Assembly: GCA_963805975.1 (NCBI GenBank) | Contig: CAWDVR010000001.1 | Location: 32,001 to 96,000 of the forward strand | DNA: 64,000 nt | Direction of reading: 5' to 3' | Source: an uncultured Acidobacteriota bacterium | Lineage (GTDB): Bacteria; Acidobacteriota; Thermoanaerobaculia; Multivoradales; SZUA-115 | In this document: piece after piece, positions 20,880 through 30,407 of the stretch | Layout of the letters: every line of letters starts with the position of its first letter | Position numbering within the stretch: the stretch's first letter is position 1 | The notes under the pieces: model-generated | The model's database searches: none | Seen by the model: only the letters and a program-made list of their open reading frames with translations | Told to the model about the DNA's origin: nothing | Program-made: the position numbers and the translations under genes

Positions 20880-21038
20880 CGGGGAAGGGTGGCCGCATTC
20901 TAGCGCTCCGCCGCCGTCTCCCCGGGCGGGCCCGCTGGCCGCGGTGCTATCCTCCGCCCTCGTCGAGGGGAGCCGGCCCGCCGCAGTTTCACGCCTTTTT
21001 CCTGGTCCCACGAGCCTCCCCGCGACCGGAGAGCCCTG

Positions 21039-22508
21039 ATGAGCACCCCTGTCGAGCCGCGCCTGTCGCGCGGCCTGCGCGACCTGCTGCCGGGCGAGAT
21101 GATCGCCCGCCAATGGATGATCGACACCGTGCGCGGTGTCTACGAGCTCTACGGCTTCGTGCCGATCTCGACCCCGGCCGTCGAGTACCTGGACGTGCTC
21201 AAGGGATCGGCCGGGCAGGAGGCGCAGCAGTCGATTTTCACCGTCTCGAACCCGGAAGGCGAGGCGCTCGGCCTGCGCTTCGACTTGACCGTGCCGCTCT
21301 CCCGGGTCATCGCCCAGTACGCCGACCTGCCGCGGCCTTTCCGCCGCTACCAGGTGGCGAGCGTCTGGCGGGCGGACAAGCCCGGCGCCGGCCGTTTCCG
21401 GGAGTTCACGCAGTTCGACCTCGACTCGGTGGGCGTGCCCTCCGAGGTGGCGGACACCGAGATCCTGGCCGGCATGTGCGACTCGCTCACCGCCCTGGGG
21501 GTCGGCGCCTACCGCGTGCGCTTCTCGAGCCGCGCGATGCTCAACCTGCTGCTCGCCTTCGCCGGCATCCCGGAGGGCCGGGCGGCGGACGTCTTCCGGG
21601 TGCTCGACAAGCTCGACAAGGTGGGCCTCGGCAAGGTGAAGCGGGAGCTGACCACCGGCTACGTGGACGAGTCCGGCGACCGCATCCCGGGGCTGGGCCT
21701 CGCCGAAAGCCAGGTGGAGAAGATCGAGCGCTTCCTGGCCATCCGCTCCGAGGCGCGCGCCGAGGTCGTGGCAGCGCTCCGCGAGCTCTTCGCGGGAGTC
21801 GAGAACGCGACGGGCGAGATCGACGTGGTGGAGCGCATCTCGAGCCACCTCGCGGCCCTGGGCTACGGCGACGACCGCGTGTCGCTCGACCTCTCCATCG
21901 CCCGCGGCCTCGCCTACTACACCGGGCCGGTGTTCGAGGCCGTCCTCACCGATGCGCCGCAGTTCGGCTCGGTCTTCGGCGGCGGGCGCTACGACGGGCT
22001 GGTGACGCGCTTCCTGGGCGAGCGGGTGCCGGCGACCGGCGCCTCGATGGGCGTCGACCGCCTGCTGGCCGCGCTCGTCCACCTCGGGCGCACCGGCGAG
22101 CGCAAGGCCACGGCGCGCGTGCTGGTGACGGCGATGGATGCCGGGCTCACCAGCGACTATCTCGCGATGACCTACGAGCTGCGGCGCGCCGGCATCCCGA
22201 CCGAGCTCTACCTGGGCGAGGCGCGGGTCGGCAAGCAGCTCAAGTACGCCGACCAGTGGGACTTAGCCGTCTGCGTGCTCTACGGCTCGAACGAGAAGGC
22301 GGCCGGCAAGGTGACCCTCAAAGACATGGAGGTCGGGCGCGCCAAGACGGCCGCGCTCGCCGAGCGCGGGGCCTGGCTCGCCGAGCGGCCGGGGCAGCGC
22401 GAGGTGCCGCGCGCCGACCTGGTGGCGGCGGTCGTGGAGATGCTCGCCGCGGTCGATGCCGGCCGCGCGCTGCGCGCGGGGAAGCCGGCCGCCGAGGTCT
22501 CCACGTGA
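21039..22508 (+). CDS. hisS: Histidine--tRNA ligase
   Basis: RGLRDLLP, LRFDLTVPL, GRFREFTQFD, ARGLAYYTG, GGGRYD, KQLKYAD. Confidence 0.96.
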   Translation: MSTPVEPRLSRGLRDLLPGEMIARQWMIDTVRGVYELYGFVPISTPAVEYLDVLKGSAGQEAQQSIFTVSNPEGEALGLRFDLTVPLSRVIAQYADLPRPFRRYQVASVWRADKPGAGRFREFTQFDLDSVGVPSEVADTEILAGMCDSLTALGVGAYRVRFSSRAMLNLLLAFAGIPEGRAADVFRVLDKLDKVGLGKVKRELTTGYVDESGDRIPGLGLAESQVEKIERFLAIRSEARAEVVAALRELFAGVENATGEIDVVERISSHLAALGYGDDRVSLDLSIARGLAYYTGPVFEAVLTDAPQFGSVFGGGRYDGLVTRFLGERVPATGASMGVDRLLAALVHLGRTGERKATARVLVTAMDAGLTSDYLAMTYELRRAGIPTELYLGEARVGKQLKYADQWDLAVCVLYGSNEKAAGKVTLKDMEVGRAKTAALAERGAWLAERPGQREVPRADLVAAVVEMLAAVDAGRALRAGKPAAEVST

Positions 22509-24367
22509 CGGAGATGGATCCCGATCACCGCGCGGGCTGCGACACGGTCGAGCTCGACGGCGACAGCCTGACGATCGAAGTGCTCGCCGCCCTCGCCCGC
22601 GCCCCGCGCATTCCTGTGCGCCTGGCGCCCGAGGCCCTCGAGCGCGTGGAGCGCGCCAGCCGCCTGATCCGCTCGATCGCCGAGCGCTACGGCGCCGAGT
22701 ACGAGCGCTACGAGCGCGGCGAGGCGGCCGAGAAGCCGGTGCAGGACTACGGCATCACCACCGGCTTCGGCGAGTTCAAGGACGTGCCCATCCCGCCGGC
22801 GCGGCTCGAGGACCTGCAGCGCAACCTCCTCCTCTCGCACGCCACCGGCGCCGGCCTTAACCTGGATGCCGACGATCTCTCCAACTACTACCCGCCCGAG
22901 GTGGTGCGCGCAGTGCTCGCGCTGCGCCTCAACACCTTCCTCAAGGGCCATTCCGGGCTGCGGCGCGAGATGGTGGAGGCCGTGGCGGCGATGCTCAACC
23001 GCGGCATCGTCCCCCTGGTCCCGCTGCACGGCTCGGTGGGCTCGAGCGGCGACCTCTGCCCGCTGGCCCACCTCTTCGTGCCGCTGGTCGGACACGGCCG
23101 GTACGTCGTGATCCGCGAGCCGGTCGAGATGGCTTGGGGAAGCACGGTCCGACCGGGCAGGGTGCGGGAAGCGGGCGCTCACCTGGCGGAGGACCTCGGC
23201 CAGGCACCGCCTTCGCCGAGCTTCAAGGAATCGCTGGCGCTGATCAACGGCGCCACGTTCTCGGCGGCGATGCTCGCGCTCGCCGTCCACGACGCCGAGA
23301 CGCTGGCCGACACCGCGGACGTGGCCGCGGCCCTGGCGCTCGAAGCCGTGTGTGGCTGCGCCCGTGCGCTCGATCCGAAGGTCCACGCGGCGCGGGGCCA
23401 GCGGGGCCAGATGGCGAGCGCCGCCCACCTCCGCGCTCTCCTTGCCGGGAGCCGGCTCCTGGACTCGGCCGGCGCCGTGCAGGACGTCTACTCGCTGCGC
23501 TGCGCGCCCGCCGTCCACGGCGCCAGCCGCGACGCCATCGCCTACGCGCGGGGGACGGCGGAGCGGGAGATCAACGCCGCCACGGACAACCCGCTCTTCT
23601 TTCCCGGCGACGACGGCCCGGGCGGGGAGGTCTCACCGCACGGCGAGCCGCCGTGGGACCTGGCGTTTCGCGCCAACTGGCCTACGGGCTACCGCGGTGA
23701 GGATCGCGCTTCGTACTCGGCGGGCAACTTCCACGGCCAGCCCATGGCCGTGGCGGCGGACGTGCTCTCGATCGCGCTCGCCGAGCTGGCCGACATCTCC
23801 GAGCGCCGCACGCAGCTCCTGCTCGACCGCAACCAGAACCGCGGGCTGCCGCCGAACCTGGTGGCGGACGCGGGCGTGCAGTCCGGCCTGATGCTGGTGC
23901 AGTACGGGGCTGCCGGGCTGGTGTCCGAGAACAAGGTTCTGGCGCACCCGGCCTCGGTCGACTCGATCCCCACCGCCGCCAACAGCGAGGACCACAACTC
24001 CATGGCCACCATCGCCGGGCGCAAGCTCCGCACCGTGGCCGCCAACACCCAGGCGGTGCTCGCCATCGAGCTGATGGCCGCGGCCCAGGCGATCGACTGG
24101 CGGGCTGGCGCCGGAGTGCCGCCCCGCCGCAACTCGGCCACCCCGGCCACGGCTCCCGCGCCATCAACACCGTCCCTCGAAGCCTTCCGCGCCGCCACGG
24201 CTCCCGGCCGCCGCCAGGAGATCGCCGCCCGCCTGGGCCGTGGCACCGGCGCCGCCTACCTGGCCATCCGCCACGCCGCCGAGCCGGTGGTGGAGGACCG
24301 ACCACTCGACGGGGACCTGCTGGCGCTGCGGAGGTTGATCGCGGGTGGGGAGGTGAGGGGGGTCTGA
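22505..24367 (+). CDS. hutH: Histidine ammonia-lyase-like MIO enzyme (SSG triad)
   Basis: YGITTGFG, LQRNLLLSHA (HAL-type SH), GSVGSSGDL, QDVYSLRC, TDNPL, GNFHGQP, SEDHNSM; GTG 22505 overlaps the hisS stop (alternative ATG 22514). Confidence 0.85.
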   Translation: MTEMDPDHRAGCDTVELDGDSLTIEVLAALARAPRIPVRLAPEALERVERASRLIRSIAERYGAEYERYERGEAAEKPVQDYGITTGFGEFKDVPIPPARLEDLQRNLLLSHATGAGLNLDADDLSNYYPPEVVRAVLALRLNTFLKGHSGLRREMVEAVAAMLNRGIVPLVPLHGSVGSSGDLCPLAHLFVPLVGHGRYVVIREPVEMAWGSTVRPGRVREAGAHLAEDLGQAPPSPSFKESLALINGATFSAAMLALAVHDAETLADTADVAAALALEAVCGCARALDPKVHAARGQRGQMASAAHLRALLAGSRLLDSAGAVQDVYSLRCAPAVHGASRDAIAYARGTAEREINAATDNPLFFPGDDGPGGEVSPHGEPPWDLAFRANWPTGYRGEDRASYSAGNFHGQPMAVAADVLSIALAELADISERRTQLLLDRNQNRGLPPNLVADAGVQSGLMLVQYGAAGLVSENKVLAHPASVDSIPTAANSEDHNSMATIAGRKLRTVAANTQAVLAIELMAAAQAIDWRAGAGVPPRRNSATPATAPAPSTPSLEAFRAATAPGRRQEIAARLGRGTGAAYLAIRHAAEPVVEDRPLDGDLLALRRLIAGGEVRGV

Positions 24368-24420
24368 GGCTCCGAGGCTTGCGTGATCGAGCACTCGACC
24401 GACCGCGCAGGCGGTGCCTC

Positions 24421-26958
24421 CTACCCTCCCACCACCAGCGTCCAGGCGCTGGTGTCGCCGGTTTCGAAGCCGTCTTCGAACACGTCGGGCCCCAGGCAGG
24501 CGCCGGGGACTTGCGCGTGGGTGAGGGCGAGGTCGTCGAGGTACCAGCCCTCGAAGCCGACGTCGGGGTCGGTCGAGAACAGGAAGCGGATCAGGATCGT
24601 CCCGCCGGCCAGCCCTGAGAGGTCGGCCGCGTGCCGGCGCCAGGTGAGGTCCGTGCCGGTGAACGCCGGGAGGCCGGTCGCGAAGCCGCAGGCGTCGGCG
24701 CTGGCGCCCATGGTGCCGGGGTAGCCCGGAACCAGGGCCAGCGGCAGCCAGGTCTCGCCACCGTCGCTCGAGATCTCGACCACACCGCCGTCGTTGCCGG
24801 CCTCGGTCTCGTGCAGGGTCCAGAAGGAGAAGCTCGACGCCTGGCCGGCCGTGAGCTCGATGGCGCGCGTCGCGAGGCCGGAGCACTGGGTGGCGCCGTA
24901 GGTGCTGAAGTAGCTCCGGCTGCCGCCGTGGACGCGCTCGGGCACGGGCTCCCAGCCCACGTGGCGGAACGGTCCGGTGGTGCCCTCGAGCGGTGGGTCG
25001 CCGATCTCGGCGCCGGCCGCCCAGGTGCCGTCGATGAACGGCCCGACGGGTGTCGCCGAGAGCTCGACCGTGTTGCCGTCCTCCACGCCGTTGCCGGTGT
25101 CGGTCGAGCGCACCACGTAGAACGCCGCGGCGTCCGGAGCCAGCGTGGTGTCGCGGTAGGTGGTGCCGGTGAGGCCCGCGGCGATGCGGTTCGCCGCTCC
25201 CGGCGTGAAGCCGGAGGCCGCGGACCGGTAGACGGAGTAGGTCACCGCCCCGCCGCAGCTCGAATCCGCGGCATCCCAGGACAGGTCCACCGTGCAGCGG
25301 CCCTCGGGGGGCGTGGCGATCTCGCCGAGCCCGCCGAAGGCCGGCGGCGCGTTGCACACGCCGGTGGTCGAGGCCTGGGCGCAGGCGCTGGCGGCCGAGA
25401 CGCAGAGCCCGGTCGGGTCCACGGCGGTCACCCGGTAGGAGTAGGTCACGCCGCCGGCGACCGAGATATCGGGGAACGAGGTCGCGGTAAGGCCGTTCGC
25501 CACGGTCGCGAAGGCGCTGCCGGGGCAGGCACCGAACGAGCGCTCGAGCTTGAACTTGGTTCCGGGCGGCGCGCCCGGTGCGCTCCAGGCGAGGTCGATG
25601 CGGTTGTCGCCGTTCGCGATGGCCGTGAGCCCGGCCGGCGTCGCCGGCGCGTCGCAGAGGTGGGGCGTGAGCACGAAGAGCCCCTGCTCGATGCCGCCGA
25701 CGATCACCGTGCCGCTGTCGAAGAAGGGGAACACGCTCCACGAGCCGTTGAAGCTCGCGTTGTCGTTGGCGGGGTAGACGTCGAAGAAGGCCACCTCGGT
25801 GAGCTCGCCGGCGGCCACGTCCTCGAGCGAGTGGATGCGCAGGCCGCTCCGGTAGTTGGCCTGGTAGACGAAGCCGCCCTTGACGTACTGGTTGTGGTCG
25901 ATCGCCGGCGTGGTGTTGGTGGGGCGGCCGATGATCCGCGGCGCCTCGAGGTCGGAGACGTCCCAGACGTAGGTGCGGGTGTCGTGGCCGAAGTTCGACT
26001 CGTCGAGCTCGTCGTCGAGCAGGAAGTGGACATGGTCCTCGGTGAGCCAGCCCTGGTGCACGTAGCCGCTGCCGGTGTAGCCGGTGCGCGAGATCTGCAC
26101 CGGGGCGGCCTTGGTGGTCACGTCGATGATGGTCAGCGTGTCCTCGTTCGAGGAGAAGCAGATCTCGGCCCCGGCGTGCGCCGTGTCCGGGCCGTGGTAG
26201 GTCACGCACTGGGTCTCGTGGGTGTAGGCGTCGGAGCCCACGCAGCCGGCGAAGGCCGGTGTGGCCGGAGTCGAGACGTTCACCATGTGGAGGCCCGAGT
26301 TGCAGATGTTGGCTCCCTGGCGTGAGCCGGCGGCGTAGGCGAAGCCGGTGTCCTCGTTCATCGCCAGGGTGTGGGCGCGGCCGAAGCCGGCGTAGTGCGC
26401 GGTCTCGGTGAAGGTGACGGGAGGCGAGGGGACGCTCCGGAGCTGGCGCAGGTCGAAGACCTGCATGCCGTGGTCGGTCGCCTCGCTGACGATGAAGGCA
26501 TGGTCGGCGTAGACCTTGAGGCTGCGCCACAGGCTGTTCGAGGAGTGGGTGGCGAGGCGCCCCAGGTAGACCGGGTGGTCGGGCGTCGAGATGTCCACGA
26601 AGGCCGTGCCGTTCGACAGGCCCACCAGGGCGTACTCCTTGCCGGTCAGCGAGTCGGTCCAGCCCCAGATGTCGTTGGCGTTGCCGCCCGGAGCGCCGAT
26701 CGAAGCGAGCGGCAGCACGGCCGCCAGGTCCACGCGGTGGCAGGGGTAGGTGCCGGCGGCGAAGCCGCCGGTGCAGGGCTCCGCGTGGCGGGCCTCGAGC
26801 TCGGCGGCGGGCTCGCGATCGGCGACCAGGGCGAGGTCGGCGGGCGAGAGATCGTCCGGGATCTCGACCGGAGGGGTGGCATTTGCGGCGGGCGCCGCGA
26901 ACAAACAACCCCAGGCAAGAAGCCCGGCCGAGCGGCCTAAAAGTTTAAGCCCCCGCAT
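24421..26958 (-). CDS. Choice-of-anchor B family secreted protein with FN3-like repeats and C-terminal FEDGFE motif
   Basis: NDIWGWTD...EYALVG, HQGWLTED, DDELDE, IDHNQYV, YQANY, WSVFPFF; ends VFEDGFETGDTSAW. Confidence 0.88.
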   Translation of the reverse strand: MRGLKLLGRSAGLLAWGCLFAAPAANATPPVEIPDDLSPADLALVADREPAAELEARHAEPCTGGFAAGTYPCHRVDLAAVLPLASIGAPGGNANDIWGWTDSLTGKEYALVGLSNGTAFVDISTPDHPVYLGRLATHSSNSLWRSLKVYADHAFIVSEATDHGMQVFDLRQLRSVPSPPVTFTETAHYAGFGRAHTLAMNEDTGFAYAAGSRQGANICNSGLHMVNVSTPATPAFAGCVGSDAYTHETQCVTYHGPDTAHAGAEICFSSNEDTLTIIDVTTKAAPVQISRTGYTGSGYVHQGWLTEDHVHFLLDDELDESNFGHDTRTYVWDVSDLEAPRIIGRPTNTTPAIDHNQYVKGGFVYQANYRSGLRIHSLEDVAAGELTEVAFFDVYPANDNASFNGSWSVFPFFDSGTVIVGGIEQGLFVLTPHLCDAPATPAGLTAIANGDNRIDLAWSAPGAPPGTKFKLERSFGACPGSAFATVANGLTATSFPDISVAGGVTYSYRVTAVDPTGLCVSAASACAQASTTGVCNAPPAFGGLGEIATPPEGRCTVDLSWDAADSSCGGAVTYSVYRSAASGFTPGAANRIAAGLTGTTYRDTTLAPDAAAFYVVRSTDTGNGVEDGNTVELSATPVGPFIDGTWAAGAEIGDPPLEGTTGPFRHVGWEPVPERVHGGSRSYFSTYGATQCSGLATRAIELTAGQASSFSFWTLHETEAGNDGGVVEISSDGGETWLPLALVPGYPGTMGASADACGFATGLPAFTGTDLTWRRHAADLSGLAGGTILIRFLFSTDPDVGFEGWYLDDLALTHAQVPGACLGPDVFEDGFETGDTSAWTLVVGG

Positions 26959-26978
26959 CGTCCCTACCTTTCCCTGTT

Positions 26979-27041
26979 TGTCATCCTGAGCGCAGCGAAG
27001 GATCTCCGTGGTCGGCCGCCCCTCACCAGATCAGGATGACA
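26979..27041. repeat. REP-like element (TGTCATCCTGAGCGCAGCGAAGGATCT family) with truncated inverted partner
   Basis: 27-mer identical to 60908-60934; TGTCATCCTGA / TCAGGATGACA inverted arms. Confidence 0.8.
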
Positions 27042-27056
27042 GCTAAACAATCGTCC

Positions 27057-28619
27057 CTATGTGCCTGGCGAGCCGCCTTTCGCCGCCGTCTCCGGCAGCG
27101 TAGCAGAGGCGGCCGCGACGGCGTCGATGTCCTGCAGCAGGCGATGGTGCCGGCGCTTGACCTCGATATAGGCCGGGTCGTTGGCCAGGTTCTGGTGCTC
27201 GCCGGGGTCGGTCTGGTGGTCGTAGAGCTCGGAGTCGCGCCGCGTCAGCCACTCGTTGTAGCGGTAGCGCTCGGTGCGCAGCGCCCGGCCCCAGAGGAGA
27301 GCGTCCTTGCCGAAGCGGAGCAGGGTCTCGGCGCCCCGTCCGCGGTGCTCGGCGGGATCTCTCAGGTGGCGCACCAGGCTCTTGCCGTCGAGCCCCTCGG
27401 GACGCTTCATGGAGGCGAGCTGGAGGAGAGTGGGGAAGAGATCGACCAGCTCGACCGGGCTCGGCGCGCGCCCCGGCGGGATGCCCGGCGCGGCGATCAG
27501 GAGCGGCACCCGCGTCGTCTCCTCGAAGAGCGTCATCTTCTCCCAGAGACCGCCGTGCTCGCCGAGGTGGACCCCGTGGTCGCCCAGGAAGACGATGATC
27601 GTGCTCTCCGCCAGGCCGAGCCGGTCCAGGGCATCGAGGATGCGGCCGAGCTGCTCGTCCATGAAGGAGACGGCGGCGTAGTAGGCGCCGCGCATCTCGC
27701 GCTGCTCCCGCGGCGGCATCTCCGGGTGCCGCTTGGCGGCGTGCACGGCGCGGGGGGGCACGTCCGCGAGGTCGTCCGGCGGCGCGTCGGGGAGCGCCAC
27801 CTGGTCCACCGGGTACATGCGGAAGAAGCGCGACGGCGCCACGTACGGCAGATGGGGCATCGAGAACCCCACGCCGGCGAAGAACGGCTGGTGCCGCCGG
27901 GCCTTGCCGAGGAGGCGGATGGTTTCGTCAGCCACCACGGCATCGCTCAAATGCCGTCCTTCCTGGTCGCTCACTTCCTGCCAGTAGACGTACTCGAGGC
28001 CGGCCAGGTGGCTTCCCGGTGCGGGCTGCGCCACCGCCTGGACGTTCTTCGAGCGCCAGCCCGGCGCGGGTGGCGTGCGGGAGACGCGGCGGAAGGCGCC
28101 CTCGAGCGCGCTCACCTCGTCCCACTCGATCTCGCCCTCGAACTCAGCGTGCAGGATCTTGCCGGCGCGGAAGGTGTAGTAGCCGCGGCGGCGGAAGACC
28201 TCGGGCAGGAAGGTGAGGCCGGGAACCAGGGCGCGCGGCAGGTCGGCGTTGGTGAAGACGCCGGTCCGCACCGGCCGGAGGCCGGAGAGGAAAGAGGTAC
28301 GGGAAGGGTTGCAGAGCGGGAACTGGCAGTAGGCGCGCTCGAAGAGCACGCTGCGCGCCGCCAGGCGGTCGAAGTGAGGCGTCGACATCTCCGGCCGGCC
28401 GTAGGCGCCGAGCTGAGTGCGCAGGTCGTCGGCGACGATGAACAGCACGTTGGGACGCTGCCGTCCGGCCCCGGGGGCGGGATCCTCTCCCTTGCAGCCG
28501 AGGACGGTCAGCACCATCACCCCCAGGGCGAGGGCGACCGCCGGCGGCCGGGAAAGGGCGTGCCCGGGTGGCGGGAGGCGCTGGGGCTGGGCTCGAAGGA
28601 GGCTCAAAGGTTTGGGCAA
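27057..28619 (-). CDS. Sulfatase (iduronate-2-sulfatase/choline-sulfatase-like), probable lipoprotein
   Basis: PNVLFIVADDLR, CNPSRTSFLSG (CxPxR), GKILH, PHLPY, GDHG, ELYD...DPGE; VLGC lipobox; start uncertain. Confidence 0.9.
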   Translation of the reverse strand: MPKPLSLLRAQPQRLPPPGHALSRPPAVALALGVMVLTVLGCKGEDPAPGAGRQRPNVLFIVADDLRTQLGAYGRPEMSTPHFDRLAARSVLFERAYCQFPLCNPSRTSFLSGLRPVRTGVFTNADLPRALVPGLTFLPEVFRRRGYYTFRAGKILHAEFEGEIEWDEVSALEGAFRRVSRTPPAPGWRSKNVQAVAQPAPGSHLAGLEYVYWQEVSDQEGRHLSDAVVADETIRLLGKARRHQPFFAGVGFSMPHLPYVAPSRFFRMYPVDQVALPDAPPDDLADVPPRAVHAAKRHPEMPPREQREMRGAYYAAVSFMDEQLGRILDALDRLGLAESTIIVFLGDHGVHLGEHGGLWEKMTLFEETTRVPLLIAAPGIPPGRAPSPVELVDLFPTLLQLASMKRPEGLDGKSLVRHLRDPAEHRGRGAETLLRFGKDALLWGRALRTERYRYNEWLTRRDSELYDHQTDPGEHQNLANDPAYIEVKRRHHRLLQDIDAVAAASATLPETAAKGGSPGT

Positions 28620-28830
28620 ACGCCGGCTCCTGAAGGGGGCCGGCGAGAACCGGAAGTTTAGCCCGCGTTGCCACCCGGGGCTCGACGGGTCTCGGAACCG
28701 ACAAATAGGAGAAAAAGTGAGTTGAGGATGGAGCTGGGTGACTTTTATGATATTATATGCATGTTTCGATTTATCAGGCTCAGTCGTTGTCGTCGCGCGG
28801 GAGCTAGATCGGTTCAACAGGAGGCGCAGC

Positions 28831-28938
28831 ATGCACCCTCTCCTCGACCTGCTCGCGCAGTGGCTTCTCGCCCTGTCCCCCGACGGCCTGCACCAGGAAG
28901 GAGGCACCAGTGATCCGGTCGGCGGTCCCGGTGGCTAG
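28831..28938 (+). CDS. 35-aa peptide MHPLLDLLAQWLLALSPDGLHQEGGTSDPVGGPGG
   Basis: AGGAGG RBS at 28819-28824, ATG 28831, TAG 28936-28938; AT-rich promoter-like region upstream. Confidence 0.6.
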   Translation: MHPLLDLLAQWLLALSPDGLHQEGGTSDPVGGPGG

Positions 28939-29032
28939 CGGAAAGCCGGGGCCAGGCCCTCCATCTCGGCAGTGGACAGTGCGCTGAAGAGCTGGTAGAA
29001 GGGCGCGAGCGGCCGACAAGGCAGAAGCACCG

Positions 29033-30376
29033 ATGGCTCGACCGAAGCACCCACGGCCCGAGACCCTGGCCCTCTTCAGCCAGGGCGCCGCCGCAGCCGG
29101 GTCCACACGCACCGTGGTGGCGCACTTCCTCTTCGGCTGTGCTCCCTGCGCTTCGACCGTGGCCCGGGCCGCGGCGCTGGTGTCGGCCGCGCCCGAGCCT
29201 CCGGAGCGCTACCAGGAGGCGATCGCCCGCGCCGCCCGGGCGGCCGAGCACCGCTGCCGAGAGCTGGCCCGCGCGGGGGAGACCACCGACGAGTTCCTCG
29301 GCCTCCTCCTGCGCCAGCCGCGCACTCGCCAAGTGCTCCTGCTGCGCAACTCCGAGCGCGGCAAGACCTGGGCCCTGGTCGAGCGCCTGCTCGCCGCGAG
29401 CTTCGAGGTCCGCTTCGACGACCCGCAGAAGATGGTGGCCTTGGCGGAGCTCGCGCTGCGCGTCGCCGCCGGCCTCGAGCCCGCGCGCTACGGGCCGCAC
29501 CGGGTCGTCGACCTCCAGGCGCGAGCGGCGGCCGAGCTCGCCAACGCCCTGCGCGTGGCGGACCGGCACGACACCTCCATGCTCGCCCTGCTGGCGGCGT
29601 TCGAGCTCGCGCGGCACGGCACGCTCGACCCGCTGCTCAAGGCACACCTCTTCGTGGTGGCGTCGTCGGTGCTGCGCCAGCGGCGTCGCCTGAACCTGGC
29701 CGCACTGGCTCTCGAGCGCGCCCTCCGCGTCTACCAGCGCCACGGCCTGCGGCACGAGGCGGGCCGAGTGCTGGTGAGCTGGTCGCTGCTCGAGACCCAG
29801 CGCCCCGACGTGCCGAAGAGCGTCGAGCTCCTGTGCCGCGGCGCCGACCTGATCGAGGTCTGGCGGGACCGCCGCCTGGCGACCACGGTGGTCAAGAACC
29901 TGCTCTTCAGCCTCGTCGACCTCGGCCGCTTCACCGTCGCCGGAGAGCTGCTCGCCGAGTGCCGCGGCATCTTCGCCGAGTTCGGGGACCGCCTGGTCGA
30001 GCTGCGGCTGAAATGGCTCGAAGGCCGGATCGCCGCCGGCACCGGCCGCGAGGTGGAAGCCGAGGTGAAGTTCCTCGAGGTCGGCCGTGGCCTCGAACGC
30101 GCCGCGCTCCCCTACGACGCCTCCCTGGTGCGGCTCGACCTGGCGCTGATCCTGCGCCGCCAAGGGCGGCTCTTCGAGCTCCGGCGGCTGGTGCAGGAGA
30201 TGCTCGAGAGCTTCCGCCTCCTGAAGCTCGAGCGCGAGGCGGTCGCCGCCCTGCTGGTGCTCTCCGAAGCCGTCGACCAGCCACCGGTGCCGATGGTCCT
30301 CATCAGCCGGGTGCGGGACTTTCTGTGCCGCCTGCCGCTCGAGCCGGGGCTGAGATTCGAGCCCGCCGGCGCCTGA
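29033..30376 (+). CDS. Zinc-finger (H-x4-C-x2-C) + TPR-like helical repeat protein
   Basis: N-terminal HP...L..F...VVAHFLFGCAPC, then Ala/Leu-rich helical repeats (AELANALRVA, ALERALRVY, LKWLEGRIAAG, SLVRLDLA). Confidence 0.75.
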   Translation: MARPKHPRPETLALFSQGAAAAGSTRTVVAHFLFGCAPCASTVARAAALVSAAPEPPERYQEAIARAARAAEHRCRELARAGETTDEFLGLLLRQPRTRQVLLLRNSERGKTWALVERLLAASFEVRFDDPQKMVALAELALRVAAGLEPARYGPHRVVDLQARAAAELANALRVADRHDTSMLALLAAFELARHGTLDPLLKAHLFVVASSVLRQRRRLNLAALALERALRVYQRHGLRHEAGRVLVSWSLLETQRPDVPKSVELLCRGADLIEVWRDRRLATTVVKNLLFSLVDLGRFTVAGELLAECRGIFAEFGDRLVELRLKWLEGRIAAGTGREVEAEVKFLEVGRGLERAALPYDASLVRLDLALILRRQGRLFELRRLVQEMLESFRLLKLEREAVAALLVLSEAVDQPPVPMVLISRVRDFLCRLPLEPGLRFEPAGA

Positions 30377-30407
30377 GGCCGGTGGTGAAAAGACGAGGGG
30401 CTGGGAC

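Noticed and set aside
21113-24367. 1084-aa ORF suggesting a HisS-HutH fusion
   Set aside because: Its first half is an alternate frame over hisS; hisS has its own stop at 22508 and the lyase starts at 22505/22514
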